DNA of 64,000 nt from a virus: the IMG/VR virus record IMGVR_UViG_3300042314_001189, positions 1 to 64,000 of that record. One strand, written 5' to 3'. The notes under the pieces were generated by a model. That model was given only the letters and a program-made list of their open reading frames with translations, was not told the DNA's origin and ran no database searches. Below are positions 63,606 through 64,000 of the stretch, piece after piece (the first letter of the stretch is position 1; every line of letters begins with the position of its first letter). A program made the position numbers and the translations under genes.

Positions 63606-64000
63606 ATGGGATATAATAGTACTGCAACGACACTTACACTTACAGCTAAATTAACACCAATAGGTAGACAAAAGCTTGTATCAACAAATAACGCATTAAT
63701 CAAAACTTTTAGTTTAGGTGATTCGGATGCGAACTACTTTATTGACTTAACATTGGGAACTGGACAAGTTCCTGGTGAGGGTGGTAATATTGGGTTCAAC
63801 AACACTGTTAGTAATAGCACAGCTAGAAACCTAAATTTAGCAACGTATCTTATCGTAAATTCAAGTGGTTCGATTAGAAAAAGTGTATCACAACAATCAA
63901 CAACTGTTTTAACTGAAACACAGCCATTAGGTTTTAAAACCATTTCTGGTTCTAGTTTAACAATAAATGGGGTTGATAGAAACAACGCAACAACAGACCC
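63606..64000 (+). CDS. Baseplate protein, N-terminally paralogous to the 61433 gene (runs off window end)
   Basis: Not in the ORF track. MGYNSTATTLTLTAKLTPIGRQKL...TFSLGDSDANY; open to the end of the window. Confidence 0.75.
   Translation, partial: MGYNSTATTLTLTAKLTPIGRQKLVSTNNALIKTFSLGDSDANYFIDLTLGTGQVPGEGGNIGFNNTVSNSTARNLNLATYLIVNSSGSIRKSVSQQSTTVLTETQPLGFKTISGSSLTINGVDRNNATTD

Noticed and set aside
718-63985. Numerous short minus-strand and off-frame ORFs in the track (e.g. 22009..22701, 33039..33506, 41235..41666)
   Set aside because: They lie within long motif-bearing genes, have S/L/F/I-rich antisense composition and lack promoters.
1-64000. Alternative genetic code (stop reassignment)
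   Set aside because: Long conserved genes are intact in the standard code. TAA dominates, and TGA (31683, 32353) and TAG (32705) fall at plausible gene ends.

Overview
A 64 kb, AT-rich segment of a large T4-like myovirus (jumbo-phage-like), almost certainly infecting a Bacteroidota host. Host evidence: TTG-N19/20-TAnnTTTG promoters, A-rich starts without Shine-Dalgarno, a Q-rule signal peptide and SprB-like repeats. Gene order: partial SNF2 helicase (minus strand, missing from the ORF track); neck and tail terminator; a three-gene fibre cluster with a chaperone; an unannotated ribbon-helix-helix gene; tail sheath; an OmpA-like/CAP convergent pair; tail tube; a chaperone pair joined by a probable +1 frameshift; tape measure; an AT-rich non-coding unit; tube initiator, LysM-like wedge and a hub with cell-wall hydrolase domains; a replication block (SSB, RecA/UvsX, 5'-3' exonuclease, DnaB, NrdB, NrdA); then gp25, gp6 and a long run of Cys-rich baseplate/fibre genes. 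The most notable signals are: (1) three tandem UANAUA-loop hairpins, the last burying a fibre gene's start codon; (2) a probable head-packaged OmpA-like protein with a cryptic signal peptide behind an LxE-type cleavage site, convergent with a secreted CAP protein; (3) a U7 +1 frameshift between gp26-like and gp51-like ORFs; (4) a virion-restricted [ST]GxT motif; (5) an RHH gene with its putative operator; (6) apparent GATC avoidance. All product calls come from motif recognition by eye; no searches were run. No tRNA, rRNA, CRISPR array or mobile element was seen.
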